DNA of 64,000 nucleotides from Polyangiales bacterium (GCA_044229975.1 JBGARZ010000002.1:768001-832000), one strand, 5' to 3'. Shown: positions 43,722 to 54,450, numbered from the stretch's first letter. The notes: generated by a model from the letters alone, not told the origin. A program made the numbers and translations.

Positions 43722-44420
43722 ATGCGCGCAGTCGTGATCCAGTTTCCAGGCTCCAACGCGGACTTCGACGCGCTGCATACGCTGCGCGACGTGGTCGGGG
43801 TGCAGACCTCGTACGTCTTCCACAAGGCCCCGGCGCTCCCCGCGAGCACCGACCTCGTGGTGCTCCCTGGCGGCTTCTCCTACGGCGACTATCTCCGCTG
43901 CGGCGCCATCGCGCGCTTCGCCCCGGTGATGGCCGACGTGCGCCGCCACGTCGAGCGCGGCGGGCTCGTCATCGGCATCTGCAACGGCTTCCAGATTCTC
44001 ACCGAGGCGGGCCTCCTGCCGGGCGCCCTCACCCGCAACGCGCACCTCCGCTTCGAGTGCCGCGACGTGCTCGTCCGCGTCGACGCCGACGGGCCCTTCA
44101 CGCAAGACCTCCGCGGCCGTGTACTGCGCCTGCCCATCGCCCACGCCGAGGGCCGCTACCAGGCCGACGACGCGACGCTCGCGGCGCTGGAGTCGGAGTC
44201 GCGGGTGGCGTTTCGGTACGTGCCCGCGGCGACACCTGATGCGCGCTCGCCCGCCAACCCCAACGGCTCGCTGCACGACATCGCGGGCATCTACGGCGGC
44301 CCGAAGCGCAACGTGCTCGGGCTCATGCCCCACCCCGAGCGCATGTCCGAGCCGCTGCTCGGCGGCACCGACGGCCGCCTGCTCTTCCACTCCGCCGTGC
44401 GCGCCGCCCTCGCGCGCTGA
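43722..44420 (+). CDS. purQ: phosphoribosylformylglycinamidine synthase subunit PurQ
   Basis: [34 protein letters not shown]. Confidence 0.97.
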   Translation: MRAVVIQFPGSNADFDALHTLRDVVGVQTSYVFHKAPALPASTDLVVLPGGFSYGDYLRCGAIARFAPVMADVRRHVERGGLVIGICNGFQILTEAGLLPGALTRNAHLRFECRDVLVRVDADGPFTQDLRGRVLRLPIAHAEGRYQADDATLAALESESRVAFRYVPAATPDARSPANPNGSLHDIAGIYGGPKRNVLGLMPHPERMSEPLLGGTDGRLLFHSAVRAALAR

Positions 44421-44448
44421 ACCACCCCTTAGAGAGAACGCCACCACC

Positions 44449-46761
44449 ATGTCGTCGTCGCGCGAACCCGCGGTCACCCCCGCCCTGGCCCGCGAGCACG
44501 GTCTCACCGACGAGGAGTACGCCCTCGCCGTGAAGTCCATCGGCCGCACGCCGACCTTCCCCGAGCTCGGGGTGCTGTCGGTGATGTGGTCCGAGCACTG
44601 CTCGTACAAGTCGTCCCGCGTTCACCTGAAGCGCCTGCCCACCAAGGGCCCGCGCGTCATCCACGGCCCCGGGGAAAACGCCGGCGTCGTGGACATTGGC
44701 GACGGCTGGGCGGTGGTCTTCAAGATGGAGTCGCACAACCACCCGTCGTTCATCGAGCCCTACCAGGGCGCGGGCACGGGCGTCGGCGGCATCTTGCGTG
44801 ACGTCTTCACCATGGGCGCGCGCCCCGTCGCGGTGATGGACTCGCTGCGCTTCGGCGAGCCCTCGCACCCGCGCACCCCCGGCCTCGTGCGCGGCGTGGT
44901 CGCGGGCATCGCGGGCTACGGCAACGCGTTTGGCGTGCCGACGGTGGGCGGCGAGGTGCAATTCGACGCGGCCTACAACGGCAACATCCTCGTCAACGCC
45001 TTCGCGCTCGGCCTGTGCCGCAGCGATCGGATCTTCCTCGGCCAGGCCAAGGGCGTGGGCAACCCGATCTTGTACGTGGGCGCGCGCACCGGGCGCGACG
45101 GCATCCACGGCGCGACCATGGCGAGCGCAGAGTTCGAGGACGGCGTCGAGGCCGAGCGGCCGACGGTGCAGGTGGGCGACCCCTTCATGGAGAAGCTTCT
45201 CCTCGAAGGCTGCCTGGAGATCTTCGCCGCCGACGTGCTCGAAGGCGTGCAGGACATGGGCGCGGCGGGCCTCACGTCGAGCACCGTGGAGATGGCCGGG
45301 CGCGCGGGCAACGGCGTGGAGCTGTGGCTCGACCGGCTGCCGCGACGCGCGAAGAACCTCTCGGCCTACGAGATCCTCCTGAGCGAGTCGCAGGAGCGGA
45401 TGATCATGGTGGCGCGCGACGGCGAAGAGCAGCGCGTGCTCGACATCTGCGCCAAGTGGGACCTCGACGCCCAGGTGGTCGGCCGCGTCACCGACACCGG
45501 GCGCTTCGTCATCCGCGCGACCGCCGGCTACGACCCGCTCTCGGGCGACCCGTGGCCCGACGAGTCGCCCGTCGTGGTCGACCTGCCCGTCGGCCTGCTC
45601 ACCGACGAAGCGCCGGTCTACTCGCGCCCGTGCGTCGATGATCCGCGGCTCACCGACCGCTACGACGTCGACGCGACGGGCCTCCCCTTCGACGCGCGCG
45701 CCGACCTGCTGGAGTTGCTCTCGGCGCCCAACGTGGGCAGCCGCGCGTGGATCTACCGCCAGTACGATCACATCGTCCGCGACGGCACGGTGGTGCGCCC
45801 CGGCGCGGCCGACGCGGCGGTGGTTCGTCTCTTCTGCGAGGACGAGCGCGGTCGGCGCGAGAAGCTCATCGCGCTGTCGAGCGACTGCAATGGGCGCTTC
45901 TGCGAGCTCGACCCGCGCACCGGCGCGGCGATGGCGGTGGCCGAGGCGTGCCGCAACCTCGCGTGCGTGGGCGCCGCCCCCATCGGCCTCACCGACTGCC
46001 TCAACTTCGGCAACCCCCAGCGCCCGGAGATCATGGCGCAGTTTCGCGACGCCATCGACGGACTCGCCGACGCCTGCAAGGCGCTCGACGTGCCCATCGT
46101 CTCCGGCAACGTGAGCCTCTACAACGAGACAACCGAGGCGGGCGGTCCGCGCGCGGTGCTGCCGACGCCGACCATCGGCGCGGTGGGTCTCTTCGAGAAG
46201 GTGAGCGACGTCGTGGGCGCGGGCTTCCGCACGGCGGGCGACCACGTCTTCGTGTTGGGTCCGCGCGGCGACGATCGCCTCGGCGGCAGCGAGTGGCTCA
46301 CCCGTCGCACCGGCAAGGTGTGCGGTCGGCCACCGTCCATCGACCTCGCGGCCGAAGCAGCGCTGCAACGCTTCCTCGTGAGCGCGGCGCGCGAGGGCCT
46401 TCTGGCATCCGCGCACGACTGTGCCGAGGGCGGGCTGCTCGTGGCCTACGCCGAGGCGTGCCTGCTCGGGCGCGCGGGCGCGACGCTGCTGCTGCCTCCG
46501 GGTGTGGCCGCGACGCCGGGCGGGCTCTTCGGCGAAGACCCCACGCGCGTCGTGGTGTCGGTGACGCCGTACGTGCTGGAGCTGTTCGCGCGGAGGGTCG
46601 CCGAGGCGGGCGTTCCGTGCGCGGCCGTGGGTCGCGTCGGAGGCGAGTCGCTCACCGTGGAAGGCGTCGCCATCTGGGGGCTCGGCGAGCTCTCGGAGGC
46701 CCACGCGTCGGCGCTCGACGGCATCGTCGGGCGAGACGACGATGCGCGACCGCGATCCTGA
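44449..46761 (+). CDS. purL: phosphoribosylformylglycinamidine synthase subunit PurL (small type)
   Basis: [57 protein letters not shown]. Confidence 0.97.
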   Translation: MSSSREPAVTPALAREHGLTDEEYALAVKSIGRTPTFPELGVLSVMWSEHCSYKSSRVHLKRLPTKGPRVIHGPGENAGVVDIGDGWAVVFKMESHNHPSFIEPYQGAGTGVGGILRDVFTMGARPVAVMDSLRFGEPSHPRTPGLVRGVVAGIAGYGNAFGVPTVGGEVQFDAAYNGNILVNAFALGLCRSDRIFLGQAKGVGNPILYVGARTGRDGIHGATMASAEFEDGVEAERPTVQVGDPFMEKLLLEGCLEIFAADVLEGVQDMGAAGLTSSTVEMAGRAGNGVELWLDRLPRRAKNLSAYEILLSESQERMIMVARDGEEQRVLDICAKWDLDAQVVGRVTDTGRFVIRATAGYDPLSGDPWPDESPVVVDLPVGLLTDEAPVYSRPCVDDPRLTDRYDVDATGLPFDARADLLELLSAPNVGSRAWIYRQYDHIVRDGTVVRPGAADAAVVRLFCEDERGRREKLIALSSDCNGRFCELDPRTGAAMAVAEACRNLACVGAAPIGLTDCLNFGNPQRPEIMAQFRDAIDGLADACKALDVPIVSGNVSLYNETTEAGGPRAVLPTPTIGAVGLFEKVSDVVGAGFRTAGDHVFVLGPRGDDRLGGSEWLTRRTGKVCGRPPSIDLAAEAALQRFLVSAAREGLLASAHDCAEGGLLVAYAEACLLGRAGATLLLPPGVAATPGGLFGEDPTRVVVSVTPYVLELFARRVAEAGVPCAAVGRVGGESLTVEGVAIWGLGELSEAHASALDGIVGRDDDARPRS

Positions 46762-47155
46762 GCACTGGCTCTATCGCCACACGCCGCGCGAGTGGATTCG
46801 CGCGGCGCTGGGCGAGCTCGATCAGGCGAAGCGGGCCTACGCCGCCCACAACGGGCGCGCGGGGCTCGCAGGCTGCCGACGCGCGGCGGGCGTCGCACTC
46901 AACGGCTGGCTCTCGACGATGGACACACCCGCCGAAGCCTACGGGCGAACGTACATGGACCACCTCGCGGCGCTGAGCGTCGACGCGACGGTTCCGGAAG
47001 AGGTGCGGACGGCGGCGCGGCTGCTGCGACAGACGCCGCTACCGGGCGGGGAGATCGTCGCGCTACGGACGGCCACAACGGACGCTCGGGCACTGGATGC
47101 GGCCGAGACCATCATGGCGCACGCCTACGCCGAGGTGCTACGCGCCGAGCCCTGA
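46742..47155 (+). CDS. hypothetical helical protein, possible HEPN-like fold
   Basis: [12 protein letters not shown]…[13 protein letters not shown] spacing resembles the HEPN N-terminal helices; overlaps the purL end by 20 nt. Confidence 0.6.
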   Translation: MRDRDPEHWLYRHTPREWIRAALGELDQAKRAYAAHNGRAGLAGCRRAAGVALNGWLSTMDTPAEAYGRTYMDHLAALSVDATVPEEVRTAARLLRQTPLPGGEIVALRTATTDARALDAAETIMAHAYAEVLRAEP

Positions 47156-47339
47156 CGCGTTGGAGAGCATTCGCTCACGTCAGCCCAACGCCCCCTCACC
47201 GTCGCGAAGCGACAAGGCAACGCGCGGTGGAAAATGGCCGCAAGGGTCGCAGGGGTCAGAGGACCGAGATGAGACGAAGGTCTTTCGCTCGACCGTGTCT
47301 TCCCTTGCGACTTCACCCAGACCTCGTCCCCGTGGCGAG

Positions 47340-48551
47340 TTACCAACCCGCGACAAGCGACGCCATGCGATCGCGCTCGGCGTCGGGAATCTCTGGATAT
47401 ACAGGCAGAAACACCACCTCGGCGCGCCACGACTCGCACTGCGCGGCCCGCAGCGAAGGGCGCTCGACCGCGGTCTCGACGGCCGCGATGGTGCTCGTCC
47501 CGCGCGCCGCATCGAAGCCCGCCGCGCGGAGCGTACGCACCAGCGCATCGGGCGCGGCCACGCGAACCGCGAAGAGCCAATGGGTGCGATCGGGCATCGC
47601 CGACCCGAGCACCGGCACCCTGCCCCCAAGTGCAGCGATCATGTGCTCGCCCGCCGCACGTCGGCGCGCAATGCGCTCGGTTCGCTCGACCATGAGCTGC
47701 GCGTGCAGAGTCGCGCAGAGGGCATCGCACGGCCGCGCACGAATCGCATGGAGCAGTGCCTCGGGCGTCTCCGCCGGGAAGCCCTTGGTCACGCCCGTCA
47801 CCACCGCGTCGACGTCTCTCCCGGCAACGGCAAGCGTCCGCTCGAAGCCCCGATAGCGCCACGGGTCGCGCGGAACCACCAGCGCCAGGTATGTCGCCAG
47901 CTTGCGCGCGTAGCGCCTCGTCGACTGCGCGGGCCACGCGGCGATCACCTCCCGCATCCGTGACCGCAGCACAGTGTCTCGCACCCGCACGAGGCCGCCT
48001 CCGAGAGCCGTCGCCGTCTTGATCGACCCGAAGCTGTGCAGCACCACGTCGGCGCACGCGCTGCCCTCCAGGCGATGGGCGCCGGTGTAGCCCTGGGCGT
48101 CGTCGTCGACCACGACCATGCCCGCGCGGTGAGCGCGTTCGGCGAAGGCATCGAGCGGGGCTCGCGCGCCGAAGAGCTGCGCCATGACCAGCACCCGCGA
48201 ACGCGTCGTGATGGCTGCGTCGAGGGTCTCCAGCGACGGCGCCAGCGTCCCCGGCTCACAGTCGAGCGGAACCGGCACCAGCCCGTGCCCACGCACCACG
48301 CGAGCCATGTCGGGGATGGTCCAACCGGAGAGCAGCACCTCGTCGCCGGGCGCGAGCGCGAGCGCGGTGAGCAGCGCATCGAAGCCCGAGCGCGCGGAGA
48401 GCGTCGCGATGACTTCTCCCGCTGGAGACACGTGGTCTTCGAGCGAGCGCACTGCGTTGCGAGGTGGTCGCGCGGTGTAGCCGAGCGCGCGGACGAGGGC
48501 GGCGGGCTCGATGTCGATGCGGGCCCGCGGGTAGAGGGGGTTCATCGCCAT
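47340..48551 (-). CDS. DegT/DnrJ/EryC1/StrS-family PLP aminotransferase
   Basis: SARSG, PGDEVL, QLFG, DDAQ, SFGSIKT (PLP Lys), LGGG, FLPVYP. Confidence 0.85.
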   Translation of the reverse strand: MAMNPLYPRARIDIEPAALVRALGYTARPPRNAVRSLEDHVSPAGEVIATLSARSGFDALLTALALAPGDEVLLSGWTIPDMARVVRGHGLVPVPLDCEPGTLAPSLETLDAAITTRSRVLVMAQLFGARAPLDAFAERAHRAGMVVVDDDAQGYTGAHRLEGSACADVVLHSFGSIKTATALGGGLVRVRDTVLRSRMREVIAAWPAQSTRRYARKLATYLALVVPRDPWRYRGFERTLAVAGRDVDAVVTGVTKGFPAETPEALLHAIRARPCDALCATLHAQLMVERTERIARRRAAGEHMIAALGGRVPVLGSAMPDRTHWLFAVRVAAPDALVRTLRAAGFDAARGTSTIAAVETAVERPSLRAAQCESWRAEVVFLPVYPEIPDAERDRMASLVAGW

Positions 48552-49336
48552 CGATCGACTCCCCAGGCGACCACGACGCCGAGCGCGACGCCCGCGACGA
48601 CGTCCACCGCATAGTGCTGACGGAGGAGCATCGTCGAGATCGCGATGAGCACCGCGGTCGCCGCGCTCCAACCGGCGAGCAGGCGGCCGTCGTGGCGAAG
48701 ACGCCAGGCGGCGTGGAAGGCCATCGCGCAGTGGGTCGACGGGAGGCAGTTCACGATGGGGTCGCTCCCGCGGATGGAGTTGAGCGACCACGCGCCGAAG
48801 CTCCCTCCAGTGGCCGCCAGCGAGCGCGGAAACGACACCGGCACCGACAGCCACGCGACCACGCTGACGAGCACGATGAGCACGTGGCCGATGGTCACGC
48901 GGCGCAGCGCATCGTCACTGGTCGCTCGCACAAACGGGAGCGCGCTCAGCGGGTGCACGCCCAGGTAGAGCGGCGCCACCGCCGGGACGAAGGGCAGGCG
49001 CGCCGCGAGGCCCTCGGCGAGGACGTGCGCTCGCGACGGGTCGGTGCACGCCGCGACCGCGTAGTAGCTGCCCGCCCAGAGCAGCCACGCGAGCGGCGCG
49101 ACGATGGCGCCCCGCGCGTAGCCCGACCCTTGGACTGCCGCACGAAAGGCCCACGCACCGACCCATGCCGGGACGACGCCCAGCGCGAGCACCAACGTCA
49201 CCGCGGGCGACGGCCAACGGACACCGAGCAGCTCGCCGAGCGCGACCACCTGTCCACCCGCGACGAGCGCGACGAAGACGGCCGTGGCGGCGGAGCGGGC
49301 GCGGTCAGAGGAAGCGGCGGGTCCCGACGGTTCCAT
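48542..49336 (-). CDS. PAP2-superfamily membrane phosphotransferase/phosphatase (AUR1/IPC-synthase-like)
   Basis: Multi-TM; NCLPSTH and RQHYAVDVVAG motifs. Confidence 0.78.
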   Translation of the reverse strand: MEPSGPAASSDRARSAATAVFVALVAGGQVVALGELLGVRWPSPAVTLVLALGVVPAWVGAWAFRAAVQGSGYARGAIVAPLAWLLWAGSYYAVAACTDPSRAHVLAEGLAARLPFVPAVAPLYLGVHPLSALPFVRATSDDALRRVTIGHVLIVLVSVVAWLSVPVSFPRSLAATGGSFGAWSLNSIRGSDPIVNCLPSTHCAMAFHAAWRLRHDGRLLAGWSAATAVLIAISTMLLRQHYAVDVVAGVALGVVVAWGVDRWR

Positions 49337-50267
49337 CGTGGGCGTGGTCGGCGCGGTGTTGGTAGGCGGGCGCGAGGAGGCTGTCGAGGCGCTCCATGAG
49401 GTCGTCGGTGGCGCGCTGGAGGGCGGGGCGATGGGCCTCCTCGTCGTCGGGATCGAAGGCGCGGAATCCAGCCGGAAGCGCCGAGAAGTCGGGTCGATAC
49501 GCTTCACCGAAGCGCACGTCGATGATGCCGCGGCGCGGGACGATGGACTGTCCGTGAAAGGCCTCGCGGCAACCGCTCATCCCCGCGGGCACGACCGGGA
49601 CGCCGAGCGCGTGGGCGAAGAGCATGGTGCCGATGCGACCCCGGCCGAGACGGCTGGCGACGGTTCCTTCGGGGTAGATCTGCACCGACCACCCGGCCGC
49701 GACGGACTCGCGCGCGAAGCGAAGCGCCTCCCCGAGCACCGCGCGATAGGCGTCGCGCCAGCAGTCGCGGAGGGTCGTTCGCGACGGGTCGAAGGGCAGC
49801 CCGAGCACGCTCCGCCGCCGCGACTGGAGCGCGTCGAAGAACGCCGTCGCCGGCAGCGCGTCGCCCCGGTCGAGGTGATCGCGGCACGCGCGGTACTCCT
49901 CCTCGGTGGGTCGCCGACCGGCGGTGCGCGCGGCGTCGACGAGGATCACGTACCCCCGCGACGCGAGCGGAATCACCCCGGTGCGCGCGAGCACGGGCTC
50001 CATGGCGCGCGAGTGATAGCTCTTGGCCTTGGTGACCGTGACCACGCGCTGCCCGATGCGCTCCATCGCCGACCTGAACGTCATGAAGTCGTACTTCTGC
50101 GTCGAGTTGGTCGCGTAGATGACGGGGCTCGCGGGCTGCGCAAACCCGTGGAGCACGACGCGCGCCCCACCGAGCGCCTCGGCCACCTGAAACGCCCCGG
50201 TGACGGCGGCCTCCCAGTGAGCTCGGGGCAGCACCCGATAGCGGGCGAAGTAGTCGAGGTCGAGCAT
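49305..50267 (-). CDS. PlsC-like lysophospholipid acyltransferase family protein, variant motif I
   Basis: YATNSTQKYD in place of NHxxxxD; IYPEGT; VPVVPAG; VRFGE. Confidence 0.75.
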   Translation of the reverse strand: MLDLDYFARYRVLPRAHWEAAVTGAFQVAEALGGARVVLHGFAQPASPVIYATNSTQKYDFMTFRSAMERIGQRVVTVTKAKSYHSRAMEPVLARTGVIPLASRGYVILVDAARTAGRRPTEEEYRACRDHLDRGDALPATAFFDALQSRRRSVLGLPFDPSRTTLRDCWRDAYRAVLGEALRFARESVAAGWSVQIYPEGTVASRLGRGRIGTMLFAHALGVPVVPAGMSGCREAFHGQSIVPRRGIIDVRFGEAYRPDFSALPAGFRAFDPDDEEAHRPALQRATDDLMERLDSLLAPAYQHRADHAHDGTVGTRRFL

Positions 50268-50366
50268 CGGCGGGGCGCGACTATCGCCCCGCGGAAGGGG
50301 GCCGCACAACGGGGCGTGGAGGGTGCGGCGCTCGCGGGCGTGTGGTAGGTGGCGGCGACAAGAGCG

Positions 50367-51104
50367 ATGGCCGACGCAGAGCAAGAGATCGACACCGACG
50401 CCGGGCGCATCCGCGCCAACCCCCTGCTCCATGAAATCTATCGGGACGTCTACGCGCGCATCCTCGACGCGGTGCCGCCGGAGCAGTTTCCGCGGCTGCT
50501 GGAGCTCGGCTCGGGCGGCGGCTTCTTCAGCGAGTTTGCGCCGCACACCATCACCAGCGAGTGCGTCCCGGTGCCGCGCGTCGATCGTGTGGTCGATGCG
50601 TGCAAGATCGACGAGCACTTCGAGCCTGCCTCGCTCGACGCCATCACGGCCTTCAACGTCTTCCACCACCTGCCCGACTGCGAGGGCTTCCTGCGCGGCG
50701 CGCAGACCGTCCTCCGCCCGGGCGGCCGCATCGTGCTCATCGAGCCGTGGTTCACGCCGCTGGGGCAGTGGTTCTACCGGGCGATCCACCACGAGCCCTC
50801 GCTCCTCGACCCCAACGACTGGAACATCTCCGGCGTCGGTCGCCTCGCGGGCGCCAACTCCCGCCTGCCCACCAGCGTCTTCCGCGACGGCGACGCCCGC
50901 TTCGCCCGCAGCTTCCCCGCCTTGCGCGTCGTGAGCCGCGAGCCCTTCCACAAGTGGCTCTACCTCTTCTCCGGGGGCCTCAAGCTCAACACCCGCATCC
51001 CCCGCCCCATCGCCCGCGCGCTGGTCGCGGCCGACCGCGCGGTGCACCCCGGAGACAACGCCGCGGGCCTGTTCGCGCGCATCGTCGTCGAGCGCCTTCC
51101 GTAG
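50367..51104 (+). CDS. class I SAM-dependent methyltransferase
   Basis: LLELGSGGG, NVFHHL, LRPGGRIVLIEP. Confidence 0.88.
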   Translation: MADAEQEIDTDAGRIRANPLLHEIYRDVYARILDAVPPEQFPRLLELGSGGGFFSEFAPHTITSECVPVPRVDRVVDACKIDEHFEPASLDAITAFNVFHHLPDCEGFLRGAQTVLRPGGRIVLIEPWFTPLGQWFYRAIHHEPSLLDPNDWNISGVGRLAGANSRLPTSVFRDGDARFARSFPALRVVSREPFHKWLYLFSGGLKLNTRIPRPIARALVAADRAVHPGDNAAGLFARIVVERLP

Positions 51105-51136
51105 TCCTTCCTTCCCACGAGAGAGCCGACACCACC

Positions 51137-51796
51137 ATGGCCGCTGAGATCACCCTCGACCTCGTCAAGCGCTTCCCCAGCAACGGTCCCACCGACCCCA
51201 TCCGGTACTACCGCAAGCCCCTCACCGGCTGGCTCTTCCGCGAGCGCATCAACCTCGGCCTCCGCATGCTGCGCGACCTGAAGTTCGATCGCGCCCTGGA
51301 GATCGGCTACGGGTCCGGCGCGGTGCAGGTCTCGCTGCACAGCGTCGCCAGGGAGGTGCACGGCATCGACCTCGACGCCGACCCGACGCTCGCCACACGG
51401 GTGCTCGACGCGCTCTCGCTGAAGTCCGAGCTGCGCCAGGGCTCGGTGTACGAGCTCCCCTACGAGGACGCGCACTTCGACCTCGTGGCGTCGTTCTCGA
51501 CCTTCGAGCACCTGCACGAGTTCGACAAGGCGCTCTCCGAGGTGGCCCGCGTGCTGCGGCCCGGCGGGCGTTTCCTCCTCGGCATGCCCGCGGTCAACAA
51601 GATGATGGAGATGTCCTTCCTGGCCATCGGGTTCAAGGGCATCGACGACCACCACGTCACGACCCCGCAGCAGGTGGCCGCGCGCTTCCACGCCCACGGC
51701 TTCATCGTCGACGACCAGGCCCGCCTCACGCTCCCCATCCCCACGGTGCCGGGCGCCACGGTCTACTACGACTGGCTCCTGCGCCGTACGCCCTGA
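51137..51796 (+). CDS. class I SAM-dependent methyltransferase (Methyltransf_11-like)
   Basis: ALEIGYGSG, LPYEDAHFDLV, FEHL, RVLRPGG. Confidence 0.9.
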   Translation: MAAEITLDLVKRFPSNGPTDPIRYYRKPLTGWLFRERINLGLRMLRDLKFDRALEIGYGSGAVQVSLHSVAREVHGIDLDADPTLATRVLDALSLKSELRQGSVYELPYEDAHFDLVASFSTFEHLHEFDKALSEVARVLRPGGRFLLGMPAVNKMMEMSFLAIGFKGIDDHHVTTPQQVAARFHAHGFIVDDQARLTLPIPTVPGATVYYDWLLRRTP

Positions 51797-51858
51797 CCCC
51801 GCCGCTCCTCCCTCCGACCCGTCGCGGGGAACGACCCGTGCAGTGACGAAGCCCCACG

Positions 51859-54450
51859 ATGGTTGACCCTCCCCCCGCGCAGCTCTCCCTCATCGACCGC
51901 GTCCTCGTGTTCTTCGCGCGCCTCGGCGCCCGTCGCCCGCTGCGCGTGCTCCTCGCCACCTTCCTGGTGATCGCGCTCTCGGCCCTCGCCGCCGCGCACC
52001 TGGAGTTTCGCCAGGACTTCATCGAGCTGCTGCCCTCCGAGAGCGTCGGCGCGAGGCTCCTGCGCCGCGCGATGGCCCGCATGGGCGGCGGCAGCGCCAC
52101 CATGTTCGTGGTCGTCTCGTCGCCCGACGCCGACGCCAACCGTCGCATCGTCGACGCGCTCGAACCGCAGCTCCGCGCGCTCCCGTCCAACCTCGTGCGA
52201 ACCGTCGAGCACGGCCCCGAAGAGATCCGCCGCTTCTTCTGGCAGCGCCGCTGGCTCTACGCCGAGGTGGGCGACCTCGAAGAGATCTCGTGCGAGCTCC
52301 AACGCGCGCGCCGTCGGGCGCAGCCGGGCTTCGTCGACCTCGACGACGAGTCGTGCGCCGAGCTCCGCAGCGACCACGGCCACGAGCGCCCCGCGCCCAC
52401 CACCACGGCCAACGACCCACCACCCGAGCCCGAACCCGCCAACGCCTCGGCCGCCGCGCGCCCCTTCTACCGCTTCCGCACGCAGCTCCACGCCCGCTCG
52501 CGCGAGGTCGACCAATACCCCACCGGGTATTTCCGCAACCCCGAGGGCACCCTCTACGCCATCGTGCTGCGCTCGCCCGCCACGGGCACCGGCGACAGCA
52601 CCGGCGACCAGCTCATGACCCGCGTGACGGCGCTCGTGCGCGACGTGCACCCCGAGCGCTTCCACCCGCGCGCCGAGGTGGGCCTCGGCGGCGACATCCC
52701 CAGCGCCATCGCCGAACGTGACGCATTGAAGGAAGAGGCCATCAAGACCTCCGGGCTCGCGGTGGTGCTCATCCTCGGGTCCATCGTGGTGTTCTTCCGG
52801 TCGTTTTCGTCGCTCGCCCACATCGGGCTCGCGATGATCACGGGCGTCGGGCTCGCGTTCGCCGTCGCCTTCTTCGCCTTCGGCTACCTCAACGCGTCGA
52901 CGGCCTTCCTCGGCTCCATCATCGCCGGCAACGGCATCAACTACGGAATCATCTACCTCGCCCGCTACCGCGACCGCCGCGCGCTCGGCGACTCCATCGA
53001 GGAGGCCCTCGTCGACGCCGCCGTCACCTGCCGCCGCGGCACCCAGCTCGCGGCCCTCGCGGCCTCGTTCGCGTACGGCTCGCTGATGCTGACGTCGTTT
53101 CGCGGGTTCTCGCAGTTCGGCCTCATCGGCGGCGTCGGCATGATCTTCTGCTGGTGCGCCACGATGATCGTGGTGCCCGCCACGGTCACCGCCGTCGAGG
53201 GCCTCAAGGCGAAGCTCTTCCCCAACCGCGCCGCCCGCGTGTCGCGCGGCCCCACCCGCACACCCATCAGCGGCGCCATCGCGTGGGCCACCGGGCGCTT
53301 CCCGGTGCAGATCCTCGTGCTCGGCCTCGGGCTCGCGATCTTCTCGGCCGTCGCGCTGCCGAAGTACCTGCGCGACCCCTGGGAGTACAACTTCGCCAAC
53401 CTCGGATCGCGCGGCTCGCGCCACACCGGCGCCGACGCCTGGAGCAGCCGCGCCGGGCGCATCTTCGTCGGCCGCAGCAGCTCGCCCGACATCCTCCTGG
53501 CCGACCGCTTCGAGGACGTCATCGAGCTCTCCGACGCGCTCCTGCGCCGCGACCAGCAGCGCACCGGCGGCCGCTACATCGACCACATCGAGACCGCGTG
53601 GGACCGCCTCGGCGGACAGCCCGCCGCCGTCGCCCGCAAGCTCGAGATCCTGCGCGACATCCGCGCCGACATCGACGCGGTGCTGCCCGAGTTGAGCGGC
53701 GAAGACCTCGCGCTCGCCCGCGAGTGGCGCCCGCCCGAGGACCTCCACGCACCGCAGCCCGACGAGCTCCCGGCGCTGGTGCGCGCGCAGTACACCGAGC
53801 GTTCGGGGCGATTCGGAACGCCCGTGTTCGTCTACTACAAGCCGTGGTTCACGCCGAGCGACGGGCGCAAGCTCATCATCGTCGCCGACCTCACGCAAAA
53901 CGTCCGCCTCGCCGACGGTCGCACCGTGCCCACCGTGAGCCGCTCGACGGTCTTCGCCGAGATGGTTCGCGCCATGAGCACCGACGGCCCGCGCGCGACC
54001 TTCGCGGCCTTCCTCGTGGTGGTGTTCCATTCGCTGCTGGCGACGCGGCGCATCGGGCCGGCGGCCATGGTGCTGGGCGCCCTGCTGTCGGGCGTGCTCT
54101 ACACCGTCGGCGGCGCGGCCCACCTCGGGGTGCGCCTCAACTTCCTCAACTTCGTCGCGCTGCCCCTCACCTTTGGCATCGGCGTCGAGTACGCGATGAA
54201 CCTCTACGACCGCGTCGAGCACTACGGCGGCGATGTGGCCGAAGGCATCAAGTCCGTCGGAGGCGCTGTGACCCTCTGCTCGATGACCACCATCATCGGG
54301 TACGGCTCGCTGCTCGCGGCCGACAACCAGGCGCTGCAATCGTTCGGCTACCTCGCCGTCGCGGGCGAGCTGTCGTGCATCTGCACCGCGATGGTGCTGC
54401 TGCCCGCCGCCATGGTGCTCGCGCGCCGCCGCCGGGAGCGCAAGGCATGA
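51859..54450 (+). CDS. MMPL/RND family lipid transporter (HpnN-like)
   Basis: Two repeats of TM, periplasmic domain and five TMs; GNGINYG and GIGVEYA; FRGFSQFG; ALQSFG. Confidence 0.88.
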   Translation: MVDPPPAQLSLIDRVLVFFARLGARRPLRVLLATFLVIALSALAAAHLEFRQDFIELLPSESVGARLLRRAMARMGGGSATMFVVVSSPDADANRRIVDALEPQLRALPSNLVRTVEHGPEEIRRFFWQRRWLYAEVGDLEEISCELQRARRRAQPGFVDLDDESCAELRSDHGHERPAPTTTANDPPPEPEPANASAAARPFYRFRTQLHARSREVDQYPTGYFRNPEGTLYAIVLRSPATGTGDSTGDQLMTRVTALVRDVHPERFHPRAEVGLGGDIPSAIAERDALKEEAIKTSGLAVVLILGSIVVFFRSFSSLAHIGLAMITGVGLAFAVAFFAFGYLNASTAFLGSIIAGNGINYGIIYLARYRDRRALGDSIEEALVDAAVTCRRGTQLAALAASFAYGSLMLTSFRGFSQFGLIGGVGMIFCWCATMIVVPATVTAVEGLKAKLFPNRAARVSRGPTRTPISGAIAWATGRFPVQILVLGLGLAIFSAVALPKYLRDPWEYNFANLGSRGSRHTGADAWSSRAGRIFVGRSSSPDILLADRFEDVIELSDALLRRDQQRTGGRYIDHIETAWDRLGGQPAAVARKLEILRDIRADIDAVLPELSGEDLALAREWRPPEDLHAPQPDELPALVRAQYTERSGRFGTPVFVYYKPWFTPSDGRKLIIVADLTQNVRLADGRTVPTVSRSTVFAEMVRAMSTDGPRATFAAFLVVVFHSLLATRRIGPAAMVLGALLSGVLYTVGGAAHLGVRLNFLNFVALPLTFGIGVEYAMNLYDRVEHYGGDVAEGIKSVGGAVTLCSMTTIIGYGSLLAADNQALQSFGYLAVAGELSCICTAMVLLPAAMVLARRRRERKA

